A DNA stretch of 61,507 bases, the filler included, from Hausera hauseri (Eukaryota), in NCBI GenBank assembly GCA_046269625.1. It is 12 parts of 12 records of this genome, joined end to end, with 100 filler letters (N's around TTAATTAATTAA, not from the genome) between each part and the next. Parts side by side here need not be neighbours in the genome. Positions count along the whole stretch, not along the records: positions 43,476 to 48,439 come from JBJURY010376702.1; positions 48,540 to 52,726 come from JBJURY010712992.1; positions 52,827 to 57,436 come from JBJURY010505908.1; positions 57,537 to 61,507 come from JBJURY010849413.1; 8 more parts are not named here. One strand, written 5' to 3'. Below are positions 46,961 through 61,200 of the stretch, piece by piece. Under the pieces are notes generated by a model that searched no databases, had not been told where the DNA came from, and worked only from the letters and a program-made list of their open reading frames with translations. A program made the position numbers and the translations under genes. Position 1 is the first letter of the stretch. The number at the start of each line of letters is the position of its first letter.

Positions 46961-48539
46961 ACTGAAAGTATTGTGGAATGGTTATGCACAGGTCAAGGTT
47001 GAGTTGCTAGAGTGAAGGAAGTATCATTTCATTTAGAATCAAGCATTGTAACTCAGGAACTGCTGATGTCATCAGACGGCAACTCAACTACTGTCAGTAA
47101 TCGCCTTCATGTTTGTCGTCCATATGTTTGACCATAACTGACTGCGGCCCACAGAACAGTTTGTTTAGGATGATGTATGCAGACATGTGTTTCCAGTTTG
47201 CAGAGGGCTAGGGTGAAATTCACAGATGAGTCCTGTTCTGCCTTGGAGCCAGCAGACAGACAAATCAAAATCTGTGCCGTGGTGGAAACTTTACTCATGG
47301 TGTAATGCTCCATCATTGCCATTATGGTGGCGGCAGTGATGATGTAGGGAGACATTAGCATATACCTCTCCCTACCAAGCATAAAGAATCTGACAAGATT
47401 CTACAGCCATTTGACATCCCATCACTGCAGATTACAGAAAATGCAGTCCTTCATGATCTCAATGCAAGACCATAATCGTTCAATATGTACTTTTTTTTTT
47501 TAAATTCGAAAATCCATTTATATTGTGTTTTTATTTTCCATATTCCCATGCTCTTTGTGACTATTTGAAGTATGTGAAATATTTGGTTTATTTTTGACCC
47601 ATTCTTTCTAAATTTGCTGGGCTTTAACCTGTAAGATGACAAACACAGTGTGAAGGAACAAACAATGAAGCCTCTTCCAAAGTTAGTTTCTGAATGCAGA
47701 TTTTGACAGTTTTCTCTGAGAGATTGAAATTTGCCTGACACAGACGTTCAGCACACATCAATTTATAGCAGCAACTTTGTAGCACTAATGCCATATTTCT
47801 GTGTGCTTTTAAAGGTACTTTGTCTATGTCTATGTGCAAATGTTTGATGTATACAGCTGTCACTATTTCTGTTTATACATCATTTTTCTGATGTGTACTT
47901 AAGAAATCACATTGGAATCTTTCTGGCTATACATCTAAGTAGCCGGTTCCACTTGCTGCAACAAATCTTGAGAGAAATGTTTCTACCGCAGTGTTTCCAC
48001 ACTTCCATTTCCTTTTTTAAAACCTAAAATGTAGGACTTCTTTCGTAAAAACCTATGCTGACAAAATAACGTTCTGATGTGGAAACTTTAAAAGTCAAAA
48101 AAAACCGAGGATAAGAAAAAAGTAATCTGGTTTGTTTTCCTGCTATCTGGTTACTTGGCAGATATTCAGGGAAAGTAAACTGAAAGTATAAATTTCAAGG
48201 TCCTATTTCAGATCAATCTGTCTCCTCTGACAGCTGGTCAGTCGGTTACAACCTGATCGTTGGCAATAAGGGATTGAATGTCTGAGCAGAATTAGCAGGA
48301 GGTCGACACTCGCTGAGAAAACAATGTGCACCTATTTCTTTTCACTCTTTATAAAAAAAAACCAAACATTAATTTGATTCATTAAAATTCAGCTTTAATT
48401 ATTTCTGCTGATTGATTTTTCTTTTTCTTTTATACAATTNNNNNNNNNNNNNNNNNNNNNNNNNNNNNNNNNNNNNNNNNNNNTTAATTAATTAANNNNN
48501 NNNNNNNNNNNNNNNNNNNNNNNNNNNNNNNNNNNNNNN

Positions 48540-48729
48540 CGAAGTAATAATTAATAGAATAGTAACCCACAATTTGATCAGAACAGAAAAACACACCCAG
48601 TTAACAAAAATATGTCTTCATTGTGTTTAACTTAATTTTCGTGTGACTATATATACTATTTTTGTTAACTGGGGGTGTTTTTCTGTTCTGATCAAATTGT
48701 GGGTTACTATTCTATTAATTATTACTTCG
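48540..48729. repeat. Inverted repeat, ~72-bp arms with ~45-bp spacer, at contig start
   Basis: CGAAGTAATAATTAATAGAATAGTAACCCACAATTTGATCAGAACAG... and its reverse complement ending 48729; one mismatch seen. Confidence 0.9.
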
Positions 48730-50829
48730 TCATTTTTTTGTATTGTAATGTTTTATTTCCTTTTTGTAGTGCGTATTGTACTGTACCGTAAAAGTGATAA
48801 TTTTGATGTATTCTAAACTATACTTTTTGTAGTATAGCTTTTGGTAGAATTGTGTTTTAATCATAAATCGTGTAGTATTGATAATGGTTTTGATATCATA
48901 AAATAGATAACTAATGTAGAGTTTTATAAGTTTTACGCATGACCTTGATTGCAGACGCAGCTGTATATCTAGTTATAATACTGCATGACTTAAATAGTTA
49001 CTTATTTTGGTTTTCTATAACATATTCTATTAGACTTTTTGTCATATGTTTTGTTTTTCAACCCTAACATATATATCACTCTTTTAACATAGTTTAATTC
49101 AAATTTGATTTAGGTGTACTTAACTTCGACAAAACAACTGGATACTGGATGGTTCATTCGGTTCCGAATTTTCCTTATTATGGAAGCTACAAATATTTCG
49201 AAAAGTCGACGGTTTATGGACAGTCATTTATTTGTGTTACCTTAAATACAACTTATTTGGATTCCATTGGTAATTCTGTACTTTTGTTACGTTTTTCTTC
49301 AAGTATAACGATTTTTCAAATTTTGAAATATTTGAGGTATTTCTTACGTGTACATTTGTCATCCGTATACATTATCATTTGGCAATCTTTATTCAGTTCT
49401 ATCTTTTTGTTTCACTTTACCATCGGCAAAAAATCAAGAATAAAAAAACAAACAGAAAAATCCAATGCACCATTAGATGATTATGAAAGGTGCCATAAAA
49501 CCAATTGTGGTGCCGCGGACTTGAGCGTCACCACGATCCAGCTGCCGCAAGTCAAGTGATTTACGACAGTCTCTCAAACAAAGAATGTTTTCAATAATTT
49601 ACATCTTCACGGAAGTTCACCAATTAACAATCTCAGAGTACTAATTGCGATCCTTGTTTACTCCAAACGAAGATTATGAAATTATCAGCATCAATGTTCT
49701 TTGGTTTGATTCCGAAACCAAATATGTATATTACACTTTGACCAAACAAACAGCATGCGCTATTGAAGATACGCATATATTAAATGAATTCGGATATTTT
49801 AAAATGGCCCTCAATATTAAAAACAATTCGAATCTATCAAAAAATTTTTAAATAATGTCAGTAAACATTGTTATCAATTATATCAGACGAAAACTATGAA
49901 TGTTGTCGATGCTAACCGTTAGGACAGTTTGAAAATTATTATGACATCTGCGTTTTGTGAAACTGTCAAATCATCGCGTTTTCTCCATACGTTCTTCATT
50001 TATCATTCTTGGATTACTTTTGGTTACTTTACTTTGGAGTATTTAATTTTTATATACAAACAACGATTTTTGCTATATGAAGCATCAGCTTAAATATTGG
50101 AGGTATTAATTATTTTGTTGTTAATGATCCGTGAAATTAGTCGATTATTTCATTCTATTAAATCAAATCTGGACGAAAATGTTGGGTTAAGTTTAAATCG
50201 CATTATATTGTCTTGTGTATCCGGAATTATTTATCTCTGTTTATGTATTTGGTAATCGTACGTTTTGAGAATCGAGCTCATCATTAATTAATTTCAAATG
50301 ATTGTTACGGCTTTTGAGCTTTTAAGTTTATTAGTTCTTATGATAGTTTTCACGAAATCCGCAGAATATAAATATAGATATTTGTATATAATATGTAAAT
50401 ATTGAATAATTGAATTTTGAATTTTAAGATTGAAAATAAACCGTTTTTTGTATTTATCTCTTCATTTGCTTAAATGGGATATTTAACAATGGTTCGTCCT
50501 TTTTCTATTTCGGATTTTATTCTCTTAAACCGAAGAATAACAGTGTGCATTGTTCGTTGTTTTGCCTTTTGTTTTGTCATCATTTATTTTATCTACATAT
50601 TTAACCTAATGTGAGAAACAATATGAAAATTAACAATATAAAATCAATTATATTAATTAAAATGAAAGACAAAGTCAAATTCGAAAAAACTCTCCCAGCT
50701 TCCATATTGGTGATTTAACGCTATGCAGTTCCTTGTATTCTTTCAGTTTCAATGTTAGGCACACTTTAGCTCATTTCTGCGGAAAAATTCTGCTGATACT
50801 GCTACTGCTGTTTCTCCACCGTGTGAATT

Positions 50830-52726
50830 AACAAGCATTGGACTACAGAATGAATGGGGCAGAACCGGACGCCTACTTCAACAAAATTGAACAGCTGGTG
50901 AAGGGCATCCTTAGCCACAAAATAACAGCAGAAGCTCTAACAGAGGAATTAATGATCCACTGTTGTGACAATCCAGAAATGAGAAAGGAAATCTACAAGT
51001 GACAAAAAAAGCGTCAAACAAATCAAAGAGAAAATACGGAAAGTACACGAAGTGGCAACAAAGACGGAAGAAATAAACACAGTCAGAGAATACACTAGAG
51101 AGGGTCGACGGAGTTATCGGGATGTGGTGGTACACAAATTTGATAAACCAAGGCAGGAAAGAAGGGATTTCAAACTGCACAATAATCAGGTAAAGAGCAG
51201 GATGAAATGCTGGTCATACCAGAAAAATGGGCATACAAATCGGACATGCAACCTCCAACAAGCACCAAGATGTTTTGGTTGCGGGAAAGAAGGATATATT
51301 AACAGGAATTGACCGGAAAGAAAACCCATAGTATTCTATGGGTGCGGTCAACAAGGGCACATAAGACGAAATTGCATAAACAAAATGCAATCGATGTCAC
51401 AATAGAGGGCACAGGGAAGAAGAGTGCTATACAAAATTGGGCAAGAGCAGAAGAGAACAAAACACGTATACCGACAATTTCAAACGTGCGGGGTATGGTT
51501 AGAAAAGATATGGAGAGAGGGCGAACAGCAGGCTTGCATACGTTGCAAATATTGATGAGGACTATGAAGAATCCATCACAGAGTCGACAAACCCAAAAGG
51601 CACAGCCTCGACAGAAGTGGAGCTAGTTGGGGCATTACATTAAAGAAATCCAAAGGCTCCCAAAATATTTGAAGGAAGGGACAAGGTATTGAAGGAATGA
51701 AAGAAAGAACAGAGGAAAAGGTACGGAAGTTCATAAAGAAGGGAACATTTGGAGACAGAAACGAAGAAGTACGAATTACAGAAAGTCAAAACGAGAACCT
51801 CCATGAAGAGGGGATTTTTTCCTTGGAAGGACTGTCGGAAAAGCAGATCACGTACGATAAACTACAAGGACGGCCAGGTGTATAAATAAAGATACAAGGT
51901 AGATGGGAAGATGGCCTATTGGACACAGGGCACGGGTGAACGTGATGAGTAGCACAATTTTTGAAAGATTGATAGATTTCTAGCTGGAGAAATTAGATAT
52001 CACGCTCCATTGTGCAAATGGTAGCCCCTTAGATTGCATTGGTGAATTGTCCATAAATGTGGAACTTAAGGGTGTACAGAAGTGCGTTACTTTCAAAGTA
52101 GTGACACACGTATCATCAGAAATAATTGGTGGAATGGAACTGCAAAAGACTTTTGGAATGGAATTAGGTTGGAGACAGAAAGATGGAGAGGAACAAAGGT
52201 ATGATGTATGCAACTTAGAAGCAAAATTTCGTCGAAAAGTGACGAATGAAAAATTGACCAAAAGAGCTAAGGAGATTCTGCGGATAAACGAAAACTCAAC
52301 GGTATGGGACATAGTGCGGAAGAACCAAGAAGTCTTCATGGCTGACAAGTGGGATATCGGCTGTACAATATTGATCAAGCATAGAATAGATACAAAAGGC
52401 GCACCAATTAATATCAAACGGCATAGACAACCAGTGAATTTAGAAAGCAAAATTGATGAGACCATCAAAAACTTATGGGAAAACAATATCATCAAGAAAT
52501 GTAATTTACCTAGGAATACTCCGATGATCTGCGTCTGGAAGAAAGCGAAAAACAATGTCAGAATTTGTCTAGACTTTAGACAGCTGAACCTCGTCACTGA
52601 AAGACAAGCGTACCCCATGCCGAATATGATGGAAATGATGGATAAACTGTATGGGGCTAGATATTTCACATCAATCGATCTGGGAAACGCATACTACCAG
52701 GTCGAACTAGAGGAAGAATCCAAGTT
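50830..52726 (+). mobile_element. Ty3/Gypsy gag-protease-RT remnant (third lineage)
   Basis: Four CCHC-type knuckles; GLLDTG protease; VRICLDFRQLN, AYPMP, YFTSIDLGNAYYQV RT motifs; truncated by spacer. Confidence 0.9.
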
Positions 52727-52826
52727 NNNNNNNNNNNNNNNNNNNNNNNNNNNNNNNNNNNNNNNNNNNNTTAATTAATTAANNNNNNNNNNNNNNNNNN
52801 NNNNNNNNNNNNNNNNNNNNNNNNNN

Positions 52827-53330
52827 ATTGGTTTATTATATTTCAACAAATCTTAATTGTTTCATGCACAACTACTGATTATGCCGACAGTAGGATGGCC
52901 GTAATTGCCGGAATGTTCAACAGTTGTTACATAAATTGTAGTTGTACAATAAATATGACAAATATGCATCAGATATTTAAAGGGAATTAACCCTTGTCAT
53001 GCAGAACTCAAAATGCATGATGGATCGGTCATCATTTTTATGAACCTCAAAAAATTTGGAGGAATCATATTTGCCAAAATTTTTTCAATCATATGTTTGA
53101 ATTACTGTCACAATTTATTTGTAAAATCAAAACCTACTTACATATAATGCTATATTTGACTTAAACAATAAATTTTTTTCACCATTTCATGTAAAAGCAA
53201 ATTATAGTTGTTAATTGAATTTCAGTATTTGATGTAGAAGTTAAAATTATTCATTGGTTTATTCTATTGCAACAAATCTTAATTGTTTCTTGCACAACTA
53301 CTGATTATGCCGACAGTAGGATGGCCGTAG
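52827..53330. repeat. Direct repeat pair (~78 bp; 52827-52904 and 53253-53329)
   Basis: ATTGGTTTATT...CAACAAATCTTAATTGTTTC.TGCACAACTACTGATTATGCCGACAGTAGGATGGCCGTA twice. Confidence 0.85.
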
Positions 53331-53859
53331 TTGTCAGAAACATGCCACAAACATGAAGTCTACAAATAATTAACGGATTTGGAACAATTTTAACATGGTC
53401 CCTGCGCAAGGATGCCATGCAAAATCGTGAAGCGTTTCATATTTTTAAACTTCACGATTTGTACGGCTGTCTTCTCTGAAGCGTTTATTGTTGCAGTTAA
53501 GTTCAGAGTTTCACTAAAATTAAGGCCTGCAGGTTTAGGGTTAGGGTTAGGGTTTGACTTAGAATTAGGGTTAAAATTGTTTTTACGTATTCTTTGACGT
53601 CCTTTTGCTATGTCTTATTTATTTTGCATGTTCATGGTTTAGATATATTTGCAAGTAACATTTTTATTATGTATTTAAAAATATAAGTTGCAATAAGTAA
53701 TTAATATTCCTGATAAATGTGATTATCACTGTTACTGTTAATGACATACATCATTTTGAAGATATTTGAACTTAAAAATCAAATACAATTGCCGTTGATT
53801 TTTTAAAAATGACATTATCCCCATCCATTAACTGTCGATTACATAGGTGCATATATTGT

Positions 53860-54750
53860 TCCTTATTAATACACCCTATGGTATTGCGGAAGAATTTGTT
53901 CAACTCGTCAGAATTAGCAAAATTATTTTTTCTCCGCTTTGATTCCAAATAGGAAAACAGCCATCGATCACAGGCTCTCTAGTCGGGTGAATATGCTGGT
54001 TGCTTCTGCACTGTATCTTTCTTTCTTCGCAAAAAATCTTCAGTTTCATAAGATTCGTATGGTTTTTCATTGTCGTGGATGAGGACAATTTTTCCATCCC
54101 ATAATCTGTCGACCACAATGTGCAAAGTTATTGTGCATATTCTGGAGAAAAGCTACAACGAGCACTTGTGATTGTTACTCCTAACAGAATTTCGAAATAA
54201 AAATATTCTCCAAAACTAAGAAAACCATTACTATTTTATCTGATTGTACACGCCTGGATATCTGATGGGAGCTTCAACTTGCGTAAGCCAAATTTTATTT
54301 GATCTTTGTGTGCCAATTGATCTGAAGAAGAACCAGTTTTCATTAATGTTTATGACCTATGTTGTACATATTGTTAGCCACCCTCTTGCAATGGTTACAC
54401 GACGCTCCTTTTGGGCTTGATTAATTTGATAAGGAATCCACACGTATCATGTTCAAGTTAAGCAATATTGAATGAGCAGAGCCAATATTGATCGATGAAT
54501 ATTGAGAAATTTCAACTTTTATATGGCGATCATTATTCAATATATCTTCAAGAGGTTCAATATTTTCATGGATAATGCTTTCTCGTGGTCACCCTTAATG
54601 TTGCTCATCCGTTGCGGAAGCCTCACTCTGAATAATGCCAGTATACTGTTACTAGTGATGGAGAATCATCACCCTATGCGTGGACCAAATACTGATGAAT
54701 TTACTGTTTATCAAAATCACTTCTTTTCATATTCTCAATGAAAAGCAGTA
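53860..54750 (-). mobile_element. Mariner transposase remnant
   Basis: VWIPYQI (WVPHEL-like); INENWFFF (DETW-like); LIHDNEKPY; QPAYSPD*RACDRWLF (YSPDLAPxD). Confidence 0.82.
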
Positions 54751-55754
54751 AAATCCGTTCACAGTTCATTGCAAAAATGCTACGGATATAAGACTTACTC
54801 CTTATATAGGATTATAGCTGTGTTTACAGTCCAATCATATTTAAGCGTTGTCCAATCATATTTAAATACACTTATACAACAGCTGGCATGCATAAATAAA
54901 CAACTACGCACATAAGCTATTTGATCAATGTGTTAATTTGCAGGGAATATTTTTCTCAAAACTGAATTACCTAAGTACTTATATTTTTAAATTACTGCTA
55001 GTTTTTATTTTAATTGAAGTTACAGTTAATTGAATTTCAGCAATAAATCTTGATAGCAATAAATTTTTTTCATGGTGAATTCGATGAATTAGATCTGAGC
55101 CCGCAACATTTTAGAAATCCGAGCTGGTCTCATAATTTCCTGGGGAAGCAGGGCCCACAGCATTAATCCCATGGAGTTCATATCGATTCGAGCTGGTCCC
55201 GAGCTGGCTAATAATAAGCGTATAAATAGGAACAGACATAAGAAGAAATGCCATAAATAAAAGAAACAGGAAAATTGGTCTTAGTACTTCCCAATAAAAA
55301 ATCTAGTAAATGACGTAATTGATATGCGGCTGCCTTTAAAAGCCCAAGTAAGATTTAAGCAAAACACGCCAACAATTAACTTAATTTAAAACTGCTTATA
55401 TAACGCGACCATTACCACAAACGACTGTGAATCATCAGATGAAGACCCTATAACTAAAGTTTGGCCCATAAATTTCACTAAAAAGAAACTAAGAAATACG
55501 GACTACCTTTTATGAAACCACATTAAAGATAGGAGAAAGCTTTCTCAAAGAAGCGAACGTTCCGTTTACATATCCTGGGACGATTTCACCAAGTTCTTCC
55601 CTAACACTACTAATGTGACCGCACACATTTAGATGGAGTCAGAAGACGCTGAATTAGCCATGAATGTGAAACGCGTCTTTTTCACCATAGGCTCCTAGTG
55701 CATAAATAGGGAAACTAAAGTCATTAAACTTCTTGATCTCTATACAGTATCCTC

Positions 55755-56470
55755 ATGCGTATTTCCCGGCTAAAACTATTCAATTCAGACTTCCAAATCC
55801 CGGACTTAGAATATAGGGACTCTTATGGGGGTAGGGACCATCAACCAGCTGACAACATCAAAGGCTTCATCCCCTACATCCTTGGCTATATGGTGCAAAT
55901 AGCTAAAGATGCACCATACCTATCAGTAAATCCTGAGGAAATTAGGAAAGCCATGCTAATAAAGAATCCCCTTTACTAATTTTTCAGCTCACCAAGAAAA
56001 AACCTCCGAGAAAGAGCAAAATCACCTTCAAAATGACACCATACCTATCTGACTTCCCAAATCTGCTGACTTCCCTTATATATTATTTAACCAAATACAT
56101 CTAAGCTGTGATATTCCAGATCAATGGAATACCTATAGGACAACCCTCATCCCAAAACCGGGGAAGGAGGAATACTCGTATTTAACCTCTTCATGGAGGC
56201 CTATCATCGTGCTGGACGCTGTATATAAACTGCTCACTAAAATCATAAGAGAATGATTGCTCCTCTGGACCTAAGCTGGAAACCTTCTCCATCCACTCTA
56301 AAAAGCTAACAGTGCACTCAATACGTGTGCGGAACATAACTTCATACTTGCATGCCTCCATGAAAAAACTATTAGGAATAAAAGCAATTACGTCCGCATA
56401 TGTTTTGTTGACATTAAAGATGCTTTCCAGTCAGTCCCCCATCACTTCATAAGCTTAAGTCTTAGAAATT
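55755..56470 (+). mobile_element. Early-branching non-LTR (Utopia/NeSL/R4-like) RT remnant
   Basis: IPDQWNTYRTTLIPKPG; SWRPIIVLDAVYKLL; CAEHNFIL; FVDIKDAFQSVPHH. Confidence 0.75.
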
Positions 56471-57199
56471 AGGCGTCAGTAAATATACTAGATGCCCAAT
56501 GTCCATGTCGTAATTTCTTATTGCCTCGAAATTACGCAACAAATGTAATATTGAGTTGATGTACAAGTTCTGTTACCGTTTTTGACTCACAATAAATAAC
56601 GTATTCCCCTCCATTGTTGACTACTTTTTTAAACTTTCGTTCAATGTTTTTCATGTTATTTCAAATATCCTAAGTTGTTTTGGATTTCTATGTCATCAAA
56701 CAATCAAAGCATTTTAAAGCAAGATCTATATTTCCTAGTACTTTTGCATGTTTTTGCACGATTTATCATTAAAAAATACAAGTCAATCTATAAACGTCGG
56801 TGTCTAAAAATTGCATTTACTTATTATTCAATGTAAAACTAATAAAAACAATTGAACTAAACGTATATTTCAATAAATTTACATTCACCATTTCAAAACT
56901 GTACGCTAAAACTCAGACAATACAACATTTCATTTTTACCATCATTTCACCTTTACGCCATTTCATTCATTGTCCTTTCATTTTTTCGCCTTCTTGGGTT
57001 GTTGTGTTTGGTTTTTTGTTCCTCGAAAATCTGATTTGTATTTTTTGGTTTCAGTTCTATTTCTGTCCGTTCAGGAACAAAGTCCTAAGAGTGAACGCAG
57101 CCCACGCTAATCACCGATTAAAAACTTTGCTCTGATGACGACGGGTGCAGAGTATATCAAGGAGCAGTTACACCACAGGGAAACAATCCATGGGGGAAC

Positions 57200-57430
57200 T
57201 CAGGGTCTCGAGCTACGTTGTTCGCCTCGTTTAAATCCCGATGGAGACACTTGGGATTTTTTTTTCTCCTGGATCTTCTAGTAAAAATTCACCTGATCTC
57301 TGGGTAGTGAGATCGGACGACCGCGTACATTGTCGTGCACGTTAAAAATCCCTTGACAGTTGGAAATCGAAAAAAATATTAGCAACTCGTCCACACACAG
57401 AGCTGCCAGAGACTGTACGTGAATGAAACA
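57200..57430 (+). mobile_element. Possible tRNA-derived SINE with Nin/Deu-like core
   Basis: B-box-like GTTTAAATCC ~57229; GTGCACGTTAAAAATCCC ~57335 resembles the Nin/Deu SINE core. Confidence 0.35.
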
Positions 57431-57867
57431 AAATGTNNNNNNNNNNNNNNNNNNNNNNNNNNNNNNNNNNNNNNNNNNNNTTAATTAATTAANNNNNNNN
57501 NNNNNNNNNNNNNNNNNNNNNNNNNNNNNNNNNNNNCACAAGCAATATCCCGTGTATTGCGTCTCTCGCACACATGCGGAGGGGGTGTGGTGCCCACATT
57601 GACCCACCTAAAAAATAACAATTATATACGTAATTTTTAATGTTTTTTTTAAATTGGTGATATTTTAAAAAAGTATGTTGTAGACATCTTACTCAACGTT
57701 TCTTTATCATTTGAAATATATATTTGGATTTTGAATGTTTGAGACAATTTTGTTGTTAAATTTAGTCAGAGAAATTAATGGGATTATTCATTTCTTTTGA
57801 TTAGTCGGCCGTTTTTAATTTTCGTATGGAATTTTATTCTAATCACTGAAATTAAAATGACAGACTT

Positions 57868-58233
57868 TTGCAGTGCCATCAAGAGGTGGCTAAATACTAC
57901 AAAATTGGTCCGGACACGTATGTGTGTCCAACGTGTTATATTCCAACCCGATGTCCGTACCCCGACTTTTATGCGATGCACAAGCATCATCTTGACTCAT
58001 TTACGCCTGAAAAGAAGATGATGGTTGTGCATTGCCCCACATACTCGCGATACTGTAGTAGAAGTAGTAGAGTGCATGACGTTGATGGTTGTCATAGTGT
58101 AACGCAGCAGTACTATCTCATAACCACAACGGTGCACGGTAAACGGGCCTACGTTTGTCCCGGTTGTTTTTCTGTAGTTGATGAAATGAACTATGAACAA
58201 TTCTACAAAACTCACAAGGACCATTTGAACTAG
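57868..58233 (+). CDS. Small Cys/His-rich ORF with two repeated YVCPxC(Y/F)...F...HKxHL modules, upstream of Polinton polB
   Basis: YVCPTCY...DFYAMHKHHL and YVCPGCF...QFYKTHKDHL. Confidence 0.5.
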   Translation: MQCHQEVAKYYKIGPDTYVCPTCYIPTRCPYPDFYAMHKHHLDSFTPEKKMMVVHCPTYSRYCSRSSRVHDVDGCHSVTQQYYLITTTVHGKRAYVCPGCFSVVDEMNYEQFYKTHKDHLN

Positions 58234-58260
58234 TTTCAGCGGTCCAAAAAGGAAATAGTA

Positions 58261-61200
58261 ATGTTGATAAGAAATACCAGTATCTCCTCAACAAGAAGGA
58301 AACGTCAAGCATCTACAAGTTTTGACGAGTGCATCCGAAATAATTCCGAACAACAGCAGCAGCAGCAGGAGAAACCTTCCATAACGGTCAGGTACGATTT
58401 AAACAAATCGTACGTGAACGTGAAAGTAAACATGTCTGGGACAACAATACTACAGCTGAGGCATGTTCCGTCCAGTGTGCGCAGCCGGTTGGCATCAGAA
58501 CTGAGAAAATTCCGCCAACATCAATGCAAAGTGCAATATTATGAACTTGCAGAATTTAAAAATCTGCAAGGTGACAGGAAACAATGGTACTTGTCACATC
58601 GAGCCGAACCATATTCCGACGATTTTATTGCCGGCGTAGGTGAAAAGCTCGACGAAAAAATCGCCAACTACACCGAAAAGTTTGTGGATGGCGAATTATA
58701 AAAATTGTCACTCTCGGCTTTATCATAACAAAGTCGAGTTATATAATTTACCTGTTCAGACGATCATTCATACCGACAACTGCAGGTCTGAAGCAGTCTC
58801 TGATGGTGATAAATGTGCAAAACAAATAAGATGAATATTGTTTTCTTTACAGTATACTGGCCGTTTTAAATTTCACAAAGTGGACAGAAAATATGCAAAT
58901 CGTGCATATCAGTATGGACAGTATTTTTCCGAATTGGATTTGGATGAAAGCTGGATGCAGATGAAACTAAAAACCATTCCGACGTTTGAACGGCGTAATC
59001 CGACGCAGTCAATCAACGATTTCCGGTACAACTCAATAGTTGATATACCGGTAGATGAAGAAATCTATAAGAATCCCTATGTGGATATAATCTATAGAAC
59101 ATGAAATCCAAACGGACGCCCAGTAAATGTATTACTGTTGAAGCGGGTGGAAAAGTACCATTACGTGGCCGTGACAAATTTGGATAGATTGCTGAATATA
59201 GATAATGATTAGTTTATTAAAAAACAAATACGATGAAAATGGTGCCCTGTGTGTCTGCACGGCTTTAGATCACAAACGACATGGAAAAAGCACGTGACGT
59301 TGTGCAGACAAAATGCAACAGGAAACAATGTATGTCATGCCAGTAAAATAGGAGCTGAAGTTCAGTGACTAGTGGAAAACTGACAATCCGTCATACGTTG
59401 TATATGCTGATATTGAGGCAATCCTACCACAGCACAAGGTATATGATCAAGAACATATTTCAATTACCGTCGGCATGCTGGTTGTCCCAATAAAAGCTGC
59501 AGTTCAACCGCAATGTTACGTTTTTCATGGCTGGAACTGTGTACGTGATTTGCTTCATCAGTTGGAAACAGCAGTAGAAACAAAAGTCGCGCCCTAGTAC
59601 AGTAGAAACAGCAATAAACCTTTTTTGGGGACAGATGAATATGAACCATTGATGTTTGCAGCCACCGATGAATGTTACCTGTGCCCCAAAATATTACCGT
59701 TCAATGCACTGGAACGGCACGTACCGGATAATGATCATTTGACTGGTCGATATCTCGGAGTAGTATGCAATTCGTGCAATTTTGCAAGGCGTGTGCGGCC
59801 ATTCTTGCCTCTGATTTTTTATACCTTTCGGGGTTATGTTTGTAACAATATTTTAAAATGGCTTATAAACGCATTTCGGCATTGCGAACTATACATAATT
59901 CAGACTGCTCATATAAACCGGTTCCAGGTACGCTTCCTGGGTTCATTGAAATTTCTCAATGAATCTCTGGCAAAGCTGGTGAATGCCTTGCTAGATGTAC
60001 CGCTAACATTGACTCAGTTCCCCACACGTATTGCACGTGGCAAAGGCATATTTTCGTACGACTTTGCGATATCATACAAGCGGCTCCAGACGACAGGCGA
60101 ATTACCACCGCAATGGTCCGGTATAACAGAAGAAGATCGTTTTGGGCAGAGCTCGCCTGTAGAAACCTATTGGAGTACATACTTCAGTATCTGAAACTGG
60201 ATGTGTATCTGTTAGCCGATGTGTTTCAAGCGTTTTAAGCAAAAGCGTTGGCTGGCGATAGCCTGGATCCACTCAACTTTTATTCTATACCGGGAATGAG
60301 TTTGGCGTCAGTTCTAATGTCATTGAATCAAGACATTGAGCTGCTGAAAGTCTTGGAAATGTACTGGCTATTTGATGTTGGTATTCGCGGCGGTATGACA
60401 TTTGTCAACAAGCATCAGGTCAGTGCTACCGCCAATACCACATCACTGCTGTATATTGATATTAATAATTTGTACGGCTGGGCACTTTTGCAACCCTTCC
60501 CATACGGTTTATTCGAATGCTCAGTCGACAGCCAAGATCTGGATGACACAATGTTCAACCTACCACGAGCAGACAAAGCAGACTCGGTCGGATAACTGAT
60601 GGAGGTCGATCTCGTGGTACAAAATGAGCTGCATGACGTTTTGAACGATTTAACGGTCGCGCCATTTAACCAGTGTCCGCCGAGCTCGAAGGTGAAGAAA
60701 CAGCTTATGACGCATAAACCAAAGCTGAATTACGTGGTCTATTGGCGTCTGTTGCAATTTTCCATGCAGTTGGATGTACGCATCACACGGCCACATCGTG
60801 CAATTTGATTTGCTCAGGCTCTCATATTTAAGGCGTACATCGATGGAAATTTGGAGAAACAAGCCGCAGCTTGTACAAAGTTCGAAAATGGCTACTACAA
60901 GTTGAAAAACAATTCCCTATACGGAAAAACAGTGGAGAATCTGAAAAAGCGGCTTAATGTACGCCTATGCAATAGCGAAGTGCGGTTGGTTACGTATACG
61001 AGTAAGGCGCAGTTTCGGCGGTCAATGCACATTGCCGATGGATTGTTTGCGGTGTTGTTAAACCGGGAAGAAGTCGTTCTGGACCGGCCAAGTTACATCG
61101 GACAAGTGCTACTGGACCTGAGCAAGTTGCAAATGTACGAGCTTCAGTGTCGCGACTTGGCACGTTACCGGCAAATGTTCGACGGCTGTGAGATCAGTAT

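Noticed and set aside
53535-53572. (TTAGGG)3 as a telomere
   Set aside because: Only a few degenerate internal units; more likely part of a dispersed repeat
57131-57190. CTGATGA...GAAA as a hammerhead ribozyme
   Set aside because: No convincing stem II or stems I/III around the core words
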